Assembly (NCBI GenBank): GCA_964016885.1
Contig: OZ024743.1
Span: forward strand, 97,154,001-97,218,000
Length of the DNA stretch: 64,000 nucleotides
Source of the DNA: Eledone cirrhosa
Lineage: Eukaryota
Direction of reading: 5' to 3'
Shown: in pieces, positions 13,401-27,624 of the stretch
Layout of the letters: every line of letters starts with the position of its first letter
Numbering within the stretch: position 1 is the stretch's first letter
The notes under the pieces: generated by a model
What the model saw: only the letters and a program-made list of their open reading frames with translations
Databases searched by the model: none
Told to the model about the DNA's origin: nothing
Translations under genes and position numbers: made by a program

Positions 13401-13692
13401 GGTAAAACTGAAATTCTCATCGTTGACACCGACGGAGGTCCATTCCAACCGATTTAAGTTACATCATATTCTGGATAGGAAGCTGTTTTAATACACTTAT
13501 TTAACAGTGTTGTTTCAGGTGAACGTCAATTTTTCATACATGTTCTAGCAACAATGTTATGGAACATAATGAAGATATTTTCATGTTTATCTAGTATTTC
13601 AACAATGGTTTCAATTTCATAGGAGTTTCCGTTGGTCATACGAAGGCCCAAGTGCTGTAGTGGGCATGTATGTATGTAGGTATGTATGTATA

Positions 13693-14330
13693 TATATATA
13701 TGTATGTATGTAAGGTCACTCTAGAGTGCTACTGGTAGCGTGTGACCCAGTACAACCTGTCGCATGTTCGGGTCGTCGGTGACTAAACCGGCAACCCCAC
13801 CGAGTTTACTTGGTGAGGAGGGTGATTTTGGACACCCTGCAGGACAAAACACAAAACCTGACAAAGGACGGAAGAACTCATAAGAGTTAACGGCCACCCC
13901 AAAATATGTATATACATGTATACATGTGTATATATGTGTATCTGTATATATGTATTATCATGTATACATGTGTATATATATTCGCGGGGACATAGAAATA
14001 ATCGGGCTGGATACCCGATCGCATGGTTAAACCACTGGGAGTGAATGACCCCTAGCCTTTGTCAGGGCATTCTTCTAGGAGAAGGCAACTCAGGAAACTG
14101 GGATAACTCCGACATAAAACCTGCAGCTCAGTAGTTACTGATGATGTTGATCTTTTCTTTTCGGGTTATAGCTACTGTCGCCCAGAGAGTGGGATTGCCT
14201 CAGTGCACAGTCTTTCCTCACTTTAAAAAAATCCTCACGCACAGGCATTGCACGATAGAATTAATTGATAATTATTAATAATGGTATATCATGCAATGGC
14301 CATACTCGATAACGAGGGGGAAACCATCAT
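13693..14330 (+). mobile_element. RTE-derived non-autonomous retroelement (subfamily A) with (TATG)n tail
   Basis: Shares its 5' block and 3' end (GGCCATACTCGATAACGAG...CCATCATGTATG) with 14637-15229. Confidence 0.65.
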
Positions 14331-14340
14331 GTATGTATGT

Positions 14341-14558
14341 ATATCTCTTTCTCTTAATTTCGAGTATATTTTTTTGACCGGCCACCTTCCTGGTGGCAAG
14401 GTTGTAAAAGAAAAGAAATTGTCATCCATTGAATCGCAAGAATGTTTTGCAAATTTTTAAGGTGCCAGCTATCGCAACCATTTGTAGACTATGAATTAGG
14501 GAGCTGCCCTCTTTGTCCGCAAATCCAAGTTCAGTCATACTTTGGTCCAAGCGGGTTG
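14341..14558 (-). mobile_element. R4/Dong-clade LINE, short 3' fragment
   Basis: Near-identical to the 3' part of 15241-15807 (TRLDQSMTELGF..IAGTLKICKTFL) and flanked by TATG repeats. Confidence 0.8.
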
Positions 14559-14636
14559 TATGTATGTATGTATGTATGTATGTATGTATGTATGTATGTA
14601 TGTATGTATGTATGTATGTATGTATGTATGTATGCA

Positions 14637-15229
14637 TGCTACTGGTAACATGTATCCCAGTACAACCTGTCTCATGGTCGGGTCGTTGGCGACTAAACTG
14701 GCAACCCCGCCAAGGTTTCTTGGTGAGGAGGGTGACTTTGGACATCCTGCAGGACTAAAAACAAAACCTGTCAAAGGGTAAAGGAGCTCTTAAGAGTCAA
14801 TGGCCATCCAAAATCACCGGGAGAGATGACCCTTAGCCTTTGTCAAGGCAGAATTCTAGGAGAAGGAAAACTCTGATATAACACCTGCAACCCTGATGGT
14901 ATCCAATGATGTTGACTTGTTCTTCTTTTTGGTAAATATCATCTTGGTTAAGAGAGTGGGACTGGCTTTGTGCAGTGTCTTTGCTCACTATAAAAGCTTC
15001 ACGGCGCAGGCATTGCTTTATATCTGGAGATCTCTCTGCACTTGTCGTCAAATGGTACCATGGGCCCAGCACTATGTGTCAATAATTGTCAAAAGTGTAG
15101 TGTTTGTACCAGAGTTTTCAAGTCGTTGGCTGGACTAAAAAGTCACACTTGTTCAGCGCATCGGTAGGGGTTCTCCTACATGGATATAAAGTAGTGGCCG
15201 TACTCGAAAACGAGTTGGCAGCCACCATG
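14637..15229 (+). mobile_element. RTE-derived non-autonomous retroelement (subfamily B)
   Basis: 5' UTR-like region joined to a C-terminal zinc-finger remnant (CSVC.RVFKSLAGLKSHT.SAHR) and a TATG tail. Truncated minus copies at 18743-19193 and 28831-29107. Confidence 0.7.
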
Positions 15230-15240
15230 TATGTATGTTT

Positions 15241-15807
15241 TCTCTTTCTCTTAATTTCGAGTATATTTTTTTGACCGGCCACCTTCCTGGTGGCAAGGTT
15301 GTAAAAGAAAAGAAATTGTCATACCTTGAATCGCAAGAATGTTTTGCAAATTTTTGAAGGTGCCAGCTATCGCAGCCATTTGTAGACTATGAATTAGGGA
15401 GCTGCGCTTTTTGTCCGCAAATCCAAGTTCAGTCATACTTTGGTCCAAGCGGGTTGGTATATAACCCGTAGCACCAATAATGATGGGTATGAAGCTAAAG
15501 GTGTATCTTGGATACTGGATTTGTAAACTCCTCATCAATGGTCGGTAGATGTCCTCCTTCTCCTGTATTTTTCTGACAACGTTTACATCAAGTGGGCAGC
15601 TGATCTCCACAACAGAACACGTTTTCAATGTGTGGTCCCAAACTACAATATCAGGCCGGTTGTGCTTTAATTTGGTGGCAGTTTTTATTTTCAGGTTCCA
15701 CCAGTATTCCTTAGTGCCATCTGTTTCAATATATTCTTCCTCGTTTGTTGTTAATTTTGTTTTCCGAAGTGCATTCCAGATGGTTCTAGCTATCCCATCG
15801 TGTCTCA
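15241..15807 (-). mobile_element. R4/Dong-clade LINE 3' fragment with restriction-like endonuclease
   Basis: RHDGIAR..EYWWNLKIKTATKLKHNRPDIVVWD..VVEISCP..EKEDIY..IPIIIGATG: the RHD plus PD-(D/E)xK RLE signature. Confidence 0.88.
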
Positions 15808-16662
15808 TGTATGTATGTATGTATGTATGTATGTATGTATGTATGTATGTATGTATGTATGTATGTATGTATGTATGTATGTATGTATGTATGTATGTAT
15901 GCGCGATGTAGTGATTATGTATGAATGTCTGTCTGGCTGTCTGTATGCATGTATGTATTTCCCTTAGATTCATTTCGGCTTTTCCTAGGTATGTAAAGTC
16001 CTTCACATTGTCTAGTGCATGTTTGTTAGAGTTTATGTATATTAAAAGAGAGAGAAAGACTCATAATGGAGATAGGGAGGAGGAGAAAGAAGGAAAGGGA
16101 GATTGAGAGAGTGATAGATAGATTGAGAGGAGGGAGATAACTGCCTCCCTCAAGTTTAACTCATATTGTAACTATTTGAATAATCAATCTGCCGACACAC
16201 AAATAACCGAAAGATACTTTGAATACCTGAGTTCAATCCCCAGAGTTGACTCTGTAATGCATCAGTGTACATGAAGATAAGAGAATTTTTTAAAGGCGGG
16301 GGCAAGAGAAATAATTGTTTCTACTTTTTATTTTTTATTTTTAAATAATGATTCCAGGATGATAGTGTAACAATGATGCTGGAAATTGTCAGATAATTGA
16401 CAATATATGACCAAGTTGTGGAACCAGAAGAGAATGTAGATCATATCATGAAAGATTGAAGTTTCTCTTCTGACAATCTTCTATGATATAATGAGATTTC
16501 AATTGAGAGATATACAGATGCCTCCATTGAAATTGGCTCAATTTTATTAAAACCCAATCACGCATTATAACTGTCATTGTCCGAACACACAGATCTGCAC
16601 GCGCGTCAACATGCGATTCATCTGTTTAAGTGTGTCAAGGAATTGCAAGCACACAGACACTC

Positions 16663-16754
<92 letters not shown>

Positions 16755-16780
16755 TTAAGTAGAATGGAAATCAGTGTTAC

Positions 16781-16943
16781 AAACTTTATTGGTATATTAA
16801 AACTGTTTCAATATCGATCAGCTCATGGTACAATAAAAGATGTATCTTTGCAATATAAACTCGCATATCTGACGAGATGTCGAAAAGGTGTCGAGTCCCG
16901 TCATTTTGATTGTACCCTGCGCTGATTGATACCAATAAAGTTT
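16781..16943. repeat. Fold-back element with central hammerhead-like motif
   Basis: Arms AAACTTTATTGGTAT..ATCAGCTCATGGTACAAT and ATTGTACCCTGCGCTGATTGATACCAATAAAGTTT, with centre CTGACGA-GATGTC-GAAA-AGGT-GTC at 16869-16892. A related minus copy (CTGAGGA) is at about 38920-38990. Confidence 0.65.
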
Positions 16944-17277
16944 TACATAAGCTGAAACATTGCGATTATATTCAATTTATTTACATGCGTACTAAATCTG
17001 CCATACCTGAGCAACACAACCCACACTAGACGGATCGCGTAACAACATTGAGTGCTTCCAACGGCGTGCCGCTTGTAATTGTGGTTACACACCTAACTTA
17101 AATCGCTTACATTTTTAACACAATATCTTACCTTCTCCTTTTCTTTTCCTCGGTTTCATTTCTGAGACTTTCGAGCTATATGAAGTACCACACCTTTACC
17201 TGACGTCACATACATTTTATGTGTCCTTGTTATAGCTTAATTGCTATAAATTAATGTTTTGTCTTTTGTATCTTTCA

Positions 17278-17531
17278 CCATTGGACAGCGTTTGGCTTGC
17301 GACAGACGCTATGATCCCGGGTGTACTTGCAGTACCGTTGGTAGGGGTCGAAACTGCCAAAGTCCACCCCAACGGCTGATGACCCTGGAGTTCTGTGCCG
17401 GAATCGCTCATGACTTGGCAGTATATGCCATAACTTTGCTAACTGTTTCAGGGGCGCATGTAGTCTCGAGAAGACAGTCATGGTGTTGACCCTGCCTCGC
17501 TTGATCCAGTGGGACATCCAGAAATAGATAG
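17278..17531 (-). CDS. Possible exon of an unidentified gene
   Basis: Pyrimidine-rich acceptor CCCCTTCAG; only one frame is open throughout (IYFWMSHWIKRGRVNTM..DFGSFDPYQRYCKYTRDHSVCRKPNAVQ); weak donor GTGAAA. Confidence 0.3.
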
Positions 17532-17944
17532 CTGAAGGGGTGGGGGGAGGTTTACACTAGCATGAGGGGGGTGGGGTACCTTCTTTGTTGATCATGAAAG
17601 AGTGAGAAGGAAGTGGACCTCTGTGGCATTTGAACTCAGAACACAGAAATCCGGACAAATATCCTTCGCTCGAATAACGCTGCCAAATACACACACGTAG
17701 ACACACAGACACACTCACACACGCACACAGACACACCACGTGCGCGCGCGCATACACACTCACAATCACTATGGAAACTATTTAGGTACAATTATCTCGG
17801 TAGCTGTGGGCGATGAAAACAATTGCACCTAAATGACACCACAGTGAGTGAAATAAGTATCTATACAACACAAACTCCATAGATTGAGTGTTTACCCAAC
17901 TTTGGATGTTTTTCATTACCCACACATATTTGTATATATGTGTG

Positions 17945-17986
<42 letters not shown>

Positions 17987-18143
17987 TTAGAATTGGTGCT
18001 CTGAAACAGTGACAGTTTATCTCCCCTGTTTGCTGAAAATTTAAATAAGTGACATTGTCACTATTTTAAAACAATAGCGTATGGTCTTCAAAATGCTATT
18101 AATTAAGCATACAGTGTATTGCAAAATACACTATATATACATT

Positions 18144-18210
<67 letters not shown>

Positions 18211-18342
18211 GTAGAACACTGGAAGGTAATATCGTACTGGTAGAGCACTCAGTCCATTGGACGAGTTAGGTAGAAGTAGTAACACAACAGTTAGTGCACC
18301 ATACCGAGAACAATTGTTTCACCTTAGCGGATCTTCAGCTCG

Positions 18343-18464
<122 letters not shown>

Positions 18465-19929
18465 GCGTGTGGGTGGGTGTAAACGCAAACACACATACTC
18501 ATATATATTAATAACCACTTGAAAGATGTAACGGTCGATTTCAGGGTGCGTCCGGCGATGGCAAACTCTTCATAATTCAATGTATCTAAAATACCATTTC
18601 CTCTGCTAGTTTTATTCCTGTGAAGTTAATCGTTACATCTTACCTGTCTCTACCTCTTGTCAGAGAGACAAAACCAACGAAAGAACGTGACTACTCTTTA
18701 TTGGCTGGTTCCTGCTCTTGCCTTTAGCCATTATATACATGCATGGTAGCTGCCAACTCGTTTTCGAGTACGGCCACTACTTTATATCCATGTAGGAGAA
18801 CCCCTACCGATACGCTGAACGAGTGTGACATTTTAGTCCAGCCAGCGACTTGAAAACTCTGGTACAAACACTACACTTGTGACAATTATTGACACAAAAG
18901 TGCTGGGCCCATGGTACCATGTGACAACAAGTGCAGAGAGATCTCCAGATATAAAGCAATGCCTGTGCCATGAAGCTTTTATAGTGAGCAAAGGCACTGC
19001 ACAAAGCCAGTCCCACTCTCTTCACCGAGATGATATTTACCAAAAAGAAGAACAAGTCAACATCATTGGATACCATCAGGGTTGCAGGTGTTATATCAGA
19101 GTTTTCCTTCTCCTAGAATTCTGCCTTGACAAAGGCTAAGGGGTCATCTCTCCCGGTGATTTTGGATAGCCATTGACTCTTAAGAGCTCCTTTATGTACA
19201 CATACATACATGCATACATGTACATATACACACATGCATACATGTACACATACATACATGCATACATGCATACATGCATACATACACACATACATTCATG
19301 CATACATACATACACACATACATACATTCACACATACATACACACATACATATACGCACATACATACACACACACATATACACACATACATACACATACA
19401 TACACACACACATACACACACACACATACATAAATATACATACATTCATGCATGCATACATACATACACATACATTCACAGATACATACAAACATACATT
19501 CACACATACATTCACACATACATACACACATACATACACACACATACATTCATGCACACATACATACACACATACACACACATACACAGATACACACATA
19601 CACACATACATACACACATACACACGTACACACACATACACATACATTCATGCATGCATACACAGAAACATACAGATAGACACTATTACTGGGGAAAATG
19701 TGTACATCATTTTTCATTTACAGATTTCATGATTTCATAATTGTTTCTACTTTTGGCACAAGGCCAGAAATTGACCAGTGCATTACTGGTACTTTATTTT
19801 ATCGACCCCGTAAGGATGAAAGGCAAAGTTAACCTCCGCGGGATTTGAACTCATATCGTAAAGGGACGTAACTCTGTAATGCAAATCATGGCGTCCGACC
19901 CTCTACCGATACTGCCAATGAGCTTCGTA

Positions 19930-20545
19930 TAGTTAATGGAGATGTCGGCTGGCGCCATCGACGTTCGTTTGAAAGGTGCGTTGCTGAATTAAGCCCAAGA
20001 ATTGTAGGAGCTGTTTCAGTAGATTAGCTTCAGCATTCGGTCATCAGAGGACGGAGGTAGGTGTAAAAGCCAAACTGGCTATCGTCAATTCGGTATTCGT
20101 GCCAACCCTTACTTATGGACATGAATCTTGGGTAATGACCGAAAGAGTAAGATCGTGAATACAAGTGGTCGAAATGGAGTTCCACCGAAGGGTCTTTGGA
20201 GTAACGTTATTTGTTAGAGTGAGTAGCTCGGAGAAGAGAGAGTCGCTCCAAATAGAGTCGCTACTTCTGCGAATTAAGAGATCACAGCTCTGATACTACG
20301 GACATGAGTCCAGAATCTCTAAGGAAAGAATCGCTGGACATATTTTAAGGGCAACACAAACTAGTAGAGGACCTAGAGATAGACTTCGAGCATGATGGTT
20401 GGATAACATCCATGAGGTCGGCTGGTTTTACTTGGGGATCCAGTAGGATCAATCGGAGTCAGTTGCTTCTGACAGGACTCACTGGAAGGCGTGTATAAGT
20501 AATCTGCCCCCCCCCCCCCCCCGCCAGCTCCCACGAATCTCACAA
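19930..20545 (+). mobile_element. RTE-clade LINE 3' fragment (decayed)
   Basis: KAKLAIVNSVFVPTLTYGHESWVMTERVRS*IQVVEMEFHRRVFGVTL..LLLRIKRSQL*YYGH, a typical RTE C-terminus with stops. Confidence 0.85.
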
Positions 20546-20671
20546 AAAGAAGAAGGATTTCCTACATCCACCACCACAATTACGGAGCCTTAACTTCCAA
20601 TGGAGTTGTAGGGACGTTGTTGTTAGATACGGCGTGTCTAGAACACTTAAATCGTCTATTTCTTCCAGAGG

Positions 20672-20709
<38 letters not shown>

Positions 20710-20724
20710 GAGAGAGAGAAAAAC

Positions 20725-20825
<101 letters not shown>

Positions 20826-20838
20826 GAGAGAGAAAGAA

Positions 20839-20886
<48 letters not shown>

Positions 20887-22237
20887 ATAGAGAGAGAGAG
20901 AGAAAGACATAGGAAGAATTGACCCTAGTATGGAACTGGTAATTCACAGACGTTAAAAAGATGAACGGTAAAGTTGACCTCGACCTCAGTTTACGGTGAG
21001 CCTGACGGAATACTGCGAAGCATTCTGTTCGGCTTTCTAACGATCCTGTCAGTTTGCTGCTGTCTTATCTAATTGTCAGTAGTGTTGGTAGCTTGTTTCT
21101 AATTCGGTCATTTAAGCCAGGCAGTAAATCCAGTAAAAAGCAAGGGGCCACTAAGAAGGGAAAAGATCACGACAGAGAGAACATAATTCAAAGAAAAAGA
21201 AGATGATGGTTGATGTTGTTTTTGAATTTTTTTGGAAATTGTAGTGGATTGGAAAGCAAGAAGTAGGCGAGAAGTGCTATTAGAAATGAATTTAGGTATG
21301 AATTGAGTAAATTCAATTGTTAATGACCACGTCTTTGCCGGCAACTCTGTGCTCCGCATAAACTCGTAAAGATAAGGCAATAAAGTCAAAAGCTCATCAT
21401 AAAAAGTATTATGAAAATGTTTGTAGAAATGCTGATTTGTGACGAAAGAAAAAGTACATATAGCGGTCAACGTATTATATTTTAAGGTAATGCCGGACAT
21501 ATTTCTTCTTTGACTGTAGTTTATGAGAGAATTAAAATACACGAACAATTAATTTCTCTAAATGATTGAATATGGATTAGCGGAAGAGAGAAATGAAGAT
21601 AAAATAAGAGATTCTGAGGCCATAGGTCTGGAGAGAGAATAGGAAAGCGAACGAAGGTGAGAATTATTGATCTGTATAAGGCAGGGAGAGTAGATATTTT
21701 TTTTATCAATTCGAGGTTAGAATGCTCGTAAACAACTTACATCAATAATAATATACATATGTTTTTTCACACAGACATACATACAACTACTTGAAATTAA
21801 ATGGCCACACCGCATTTATCCCACAAAAACTTTGACATTTGTAGCTATACATCCACACATCAACGGATGTCCTTGATGCCACGCAGATACAGATACACAA
21901 CAGACTCGCTCAAATAGATAGGTACACACTCACAGACATAAGGGTCAAACCTCCAACGGTTTGAGTTGTTGGATTAACAGAACAGCCTGCTCATGAAATC
22001 CACGTGTTAGTGACTGACCATTCTCCACACATGTGTATCTTTAACGTATTTCTCAGGGATATTCAGTGTAATACAGTGTGGGACGAGGCTTGCTTTTTAA
22101 ACTACAGCAACAACTCGTTTTCGTTAGCTGAGCGAACTGGAGCAATATGAAATAAAGCCGAGAATCTCACTCGCTACTTTATGATTGTGAGCTGAACACG
22201 CTAACTAACCACTAAGTCGCACACCAACACACTCACA

Positions 22238-22271
<34 letters not shown>

Positions 22272-23535
22272 TTGGCGTATCCTTGGTCGTTTGGCTAAAA
22301 CAAACAAATGGACAAAAAGGACAAGAGAAGATACGTGTACAAGTCTAGGCGCGCAAAAAATACCTACATAACTGGAGACACGCACATGTATACCTTCGTC
22401 CTTTCATGTTCATATATGCATTCAAATGTGCATTCGTGCACACTCACGTCCTTAAATAATCAACGTACAAATACACATGCACGCATGCATGCACATATAC
22501 ACACACATACAGGTAAATTCATATCAATATACACTATATATGTACATGTACATATACACATAAAGGTGTTCGATTTGGCAGAATTAGATATTTGTCATTG
22601 TGATCTGACGTTTTGCCTTCCATCCTTTCGAGATAAAGAAAGTATCAGCCGTGCTGCTTCAGATCATTCTCCTTCCAGCTGTCACATCCTAGATGTTTCC
22701 TTGAATCAAGGCACAGAGGGTTCGAGAACGCCTTTACGCCTGCTCACCACTGCATGGGTAGCAAAAACGCTTAGCAAAAGCATAGTAAAACCAAACAAGT
22801 CACACTTGATTGCGAGTGATGACTAGATTTTATTTGTTTCTTTATACCTACACACATGTCAACTTATATATGCACTTGAAAATATCCAGCTATTCAAGTA
22901 AAATTATTTTGCATCGATGTTCACAACTACATATACACATTGACTTATAGGTAGAGAAATATAAGAGTGAAACACCAATACACAACATAAATGTTGGGAG
23001 ACAGTGGGCTGTAGAGGTTGTCTGCAATGTTGGAAATATTTGAGAATCTGACGGAGAAGCCAGATAAGGGAGAAATGTCTTTTAGGTTAAGATGAAACAA
23101 TGAAATTATTGTCATGACAGGGTCCGCCGACGAATCGTCAATATAACGACTACGGGTTCAGTGAATTGGGGGAAAATCTAGACCCCAACAGGGTCTGCCA
23201 AGAGCTTAACCTAATTGAGATCCAACGTAGTCACTCCTTTAACATACCCCCAAAAGACGAAATACTTGAAGGTGAGGATTTGTTCGGCTAGACGGCGGTG
23301 TTAGGTATAAGAAGGGGACATTTGTTTATGAAGTGATTATGTCTTTCTAAAAAGAAATAGTATTGCTAGGACTTAAATGACTTAAATTTGGAATCTAAAC
23401 CGGTTCGTTGATTAGATTGATTTACTGGAAGTTAATACGGAGATGTAAGAAGTGAATCTACACTCGCAGATGTACACACGTCACTTACACATTCACACTC
23501 ACACACATACAGAAACACGTTTGCAGTCACATGGG

Positions 23536-23611
<76 letters not shown>

Positions 23612-23617
23612 CGCACA

Positions 23618-23733
<116 letters not shown>

Positions 23734-23759
23734 CACACACATATATATATATATGTATG

Positions 23760-23817
<58 letters not shown>

Positions 23818-23905
23818 AAATAGAAATGGAAGCTTTCGCCGTATATTTAACTAAAGAAATTTAGCCTTATAGTGGGGTTTAGAACCCTCTAGAAATGAAA
23901 AAATA

Positions 23906-23943
<38 letters not shown>

Positions 23944-24874
23944 CACCCGTTTTATGTGTGTTGTGTTGAGGCAAATAACTATGTGTATACTCTGGTAATG
24001 TATCTTACATTGCCCATTGAGTGCGCTGAGATACAACCGGTACGGGCATTGATAAATATGCTGGGTCCGTCAACCCTTATTATATATCTATATATATAGA
24101 AGTGGTTACACAACAGTTAGTTCACCATACCGTTCTCGGTGCTATACATGCATATATATGCTTACATATTACCAAAGTCTTCTTTTGCCTTTCTTAGTTC
24201 TCAGTTTACACAAATTCTCGCATACTTATACACATTTACAGATACATGAACACCTGCAGACACACACATACACACACACACACACATATGTAAACAAGTA
24301 CACACAGAACTATACATGTTTTACATATATATACATTTATATAACCAAGGTGTTCGTTTGTTTCACATAGTTCTCAATGTCCACTCTCCACCTCACTTTC
24401 TTCCTTACTGTATTACTCTCTCTCTCTCTCCTTCATATCCCCCCCCACTCTCTAACACTAGTTATGATCTATACCCTTCTCTTTAGAGACAACATATTTT
24501 TTTATCGATGTCTCTCTGTCCACTTTATTTTCCTCGTTACAAATGTTTGTAAACGACTAAACTTTACTGACTACAAAGCTAAGTAAAGCTGATAACTTGG
24601 AAATCAATACCGTATTTTCTCCTCCCCCTCCCCCTTCCCCCTATCTCTGTCGCCCTATCTCTTCCTCCCCCCTCTCTCTCTCATACTCAATACAGCCTTC
24701 TTTCTCACTCACCCCTCACACTATCTCTCCTCCACCACTCCTACCGTTCTATTAATCTTCTCTATGTTTATTACATACAGACTCACAAGTATGTATTTCT
24801 GTGCATGTGTATATGTATGCATACATCTTTATCTGTAGCACATACTCACCTATACATACATGCATACACACAGA

Positions 24875-24911
<37 letters not shown>

Positions 24912-24919
24912 ATAATAAT

Positions 24920-26460
24920 AATCACAAATCTAATTTTCCGAACAACCCCTCTATTCGGCTTATTAATCCTACGAAGTCCGATTTAGGCAGACTTAGTAAA
25001 ACGATTCTTGATGGAATTATGCCTGAAATTAGAAGTTTGGCCCCTCTCGCACTGTGGAACAATTCCTTCGCGGTGATTGATTGGTTCAACGGCATATGTA
25101 ACAAGGAACATTGCCGTTTTATCCAATTCGACATCAACAATTACTACTCCTCTATCACTTTACCACTTCTCCTTAGAGCTATCAATTTCGCTAAAACACT
25201 CACAGTGGTTAAGGATTTCGAAGTTGATGTCATCCTCAATGCCCGAAAGTCGGTGATTAATTTCAACGACTCTATTTGGATTAAAAATCCAATAGTACCC
25301 CCATTCGACGTGAGTATGGGCGCCAGTGACTCTGCGGAGGTTACTGATCTTATCGGCCTTTTCCTTCTTTTCTCTATCAAGGATGAATTCCCCAACGCGG
25401 GCGGTGGTTTGTCCCGTGACGATGGTCTTTTGACTATGATTAAGTGCGGACCTCGTGCTTGCGACAGGTTCAGAAAAGAACTCACAGCCTTCTTTAAAGG
25501 CTTCAACCTCTCTATACAGGTTGAGGCCAATCTCTCGGTCGTTAATTACCTCGACGTTACCCTCAATTTATTGAATGGGTTGTATTACCCGTATAGAAAA
25601 GCCGAATGATACGCTTAATTACATAAGTAAGCATTCCAACCATCCTGCCAGTATAACCAAGAACCTGGTAAGAAACGTTTCGTTGAGGCTTTCCCGTCTT
25701 TCCACCAACGAGCGTATTTTCAACGACCATTCCACTTATTATAATGAAGCTCTTTGCGCGAAGTGGATTTGTCGATAAGGTAGCATATACAGAGTACGAA
25801 AATAGACCTAGAAGAAATAGATCCCGTCGCATTTGTTGGTATAACCCACCATATAATATGGAGGTGGCCACACCATTAGCTAAGATCTTTCTTTCCCTTA
25901 TTACGAAGCATTTCCCCCCCCCCCCCTACACATAAATATAGTAACATTTTTAATAGAAATACTATTACAATTTCTTACTCTACGCTTCAAATGTAGCTAA
26001 ACTACCTAGCCGTAGGAACACGTGCAACCCTGTAGTTAGTACTAATTGTAATTGTAGGAATCGGGTTGATTGCCCCCTATCCTGGAAATGCCTCTCTAGT
26101 AACATTGTCTACAAATGTAAGGTTGTAACACCCACGTCCCGTAGGGCCTACATAGTGTTAACCGCCAATAGATTCAAGCACCGTCTTTATATGCATACCC
26201 ATTCTTTTCGTTACCCTCTAAGAAGGAATATGACGTCACTTTCAGCTTATATCTGGAGTCTAAAAGACAACCACACCCAATATAAGTTACACTGGGAGAT
26301 CCTAGCTAGGGCTAGATCGTATAACGGAAATAAAAGACCATGTGACCTCTGCACCGCTGAGGCCCTGGAAATACTCTACGCCACAGACCACATTTTAAAC
26401 AAAAAAATCTGAGGCAATTTCGGCTTGTAAACATAAATTGCACAAAACTTTCCTGTATTA
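24920..26460 (+). mobile_element. Penelope-like element, 5'-truncated and frameshifted RT + GIY-YIG ORF
   Basis: RT motifs RLINPTKSDLG, FIQFDINNYYSSI, FDVSMGASDSAEV, LSRDDGL and VNYLDVTL; WYNPPY linker; CNCRNRVDCPL..NIVY..AYIV..CDLC endonuclease; pLTR-like sequence follows at 26660-26950. Confidence 0.92.
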
Positions 26461-26733
26461 CAGCCCCACGTTATACCCTAACGGATAGTACGATCTATAC
26501 GTGGATATTTTACGTCTTGATGTGGGAGCTAAGTATATGTTTTGTTTATACCATTACTTATTTGCATAGCGAACGTTTCCACGAACCAAAGTATCGTCCT
26601 CCTGTCTTCCTCCGGTTGCAACGTTTTTTGAAATATCCACTTCTGCGTTTACAGATTGACTTTGTTAGTTTCAGAAGATCCCGTTAAGGGTGAAAGCAGC
26701 GATTCTTTGCTTAAACTTTAATCTGTTATTTTA

Positions 26734-26781
<48 letters not shown>

Positions 26782-26952
26782 CTGATGACTCTCCTCTACT
26801 CCCCTACACACCCTCTGAACTCGCTTCCCACCCACCTTTCGCCTGAAGAAGAGGTGATGCCCTAAATGTCCCCCCACCCACTCTCAAGACCGTGAAACTA
26901 ATAAACCTTTGTTCGTACTGCCTCTCTGTTTTGTTCCCCTTCCATTTTTCAC

Positions 26953-26990
<38 letters not shown>

Positions 26991-27006
26991 TATATATATA
27001 CACATA

Positions 27007-27062
<56 letters not shown>

Positions 27063-27171
27063 TATATATATACATATATATATTATATATATATATATAT
27101 ACGCACACACGCATATATATATATATATATATATACTCACACACACACACACATATATATGTATACACATA

Positions 27172-27219
<48 letters not shown>

Positions 27220-27410
27220 TATATATGTATACACATATATATACACACACACACACATATATATATAATATATATATATACATATATATATTATATATAT
27301 ATATATACACACACACGCATATATATATATATATATACTCACACACACACACACACACACACATACATATATATGTATACACATATATATGTATATATAT
27401 ATATATACAG

Positions 27411-27487
<77 letters not shown>

Positions 27488-27624
27488 CAGATATATATTA
27501 TATATATATATACACACACACGCATATATATATTCTAGCACACATACACGCATGCATACATACACACACACATACATTCATGTATCCAGGCAAACATTGT
27601 GAATGTTGACTTGTTAGTATGTAT

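Noticed and set aside
13693-13800. HDV-like or twister ribozyme at the 5' end of the RTE-derived element
   Set aside because: Local stems exist, but I could not assemble the P1-P2-P3-P1.1-P4 nested pseudoknot or the twister consensus by eye. An Infernal search would settle it.
21108-21548. 146-aa minus-strand ORF
   Set aside because: No recognisable motif or splice structure; probably decayed repeat sequence.
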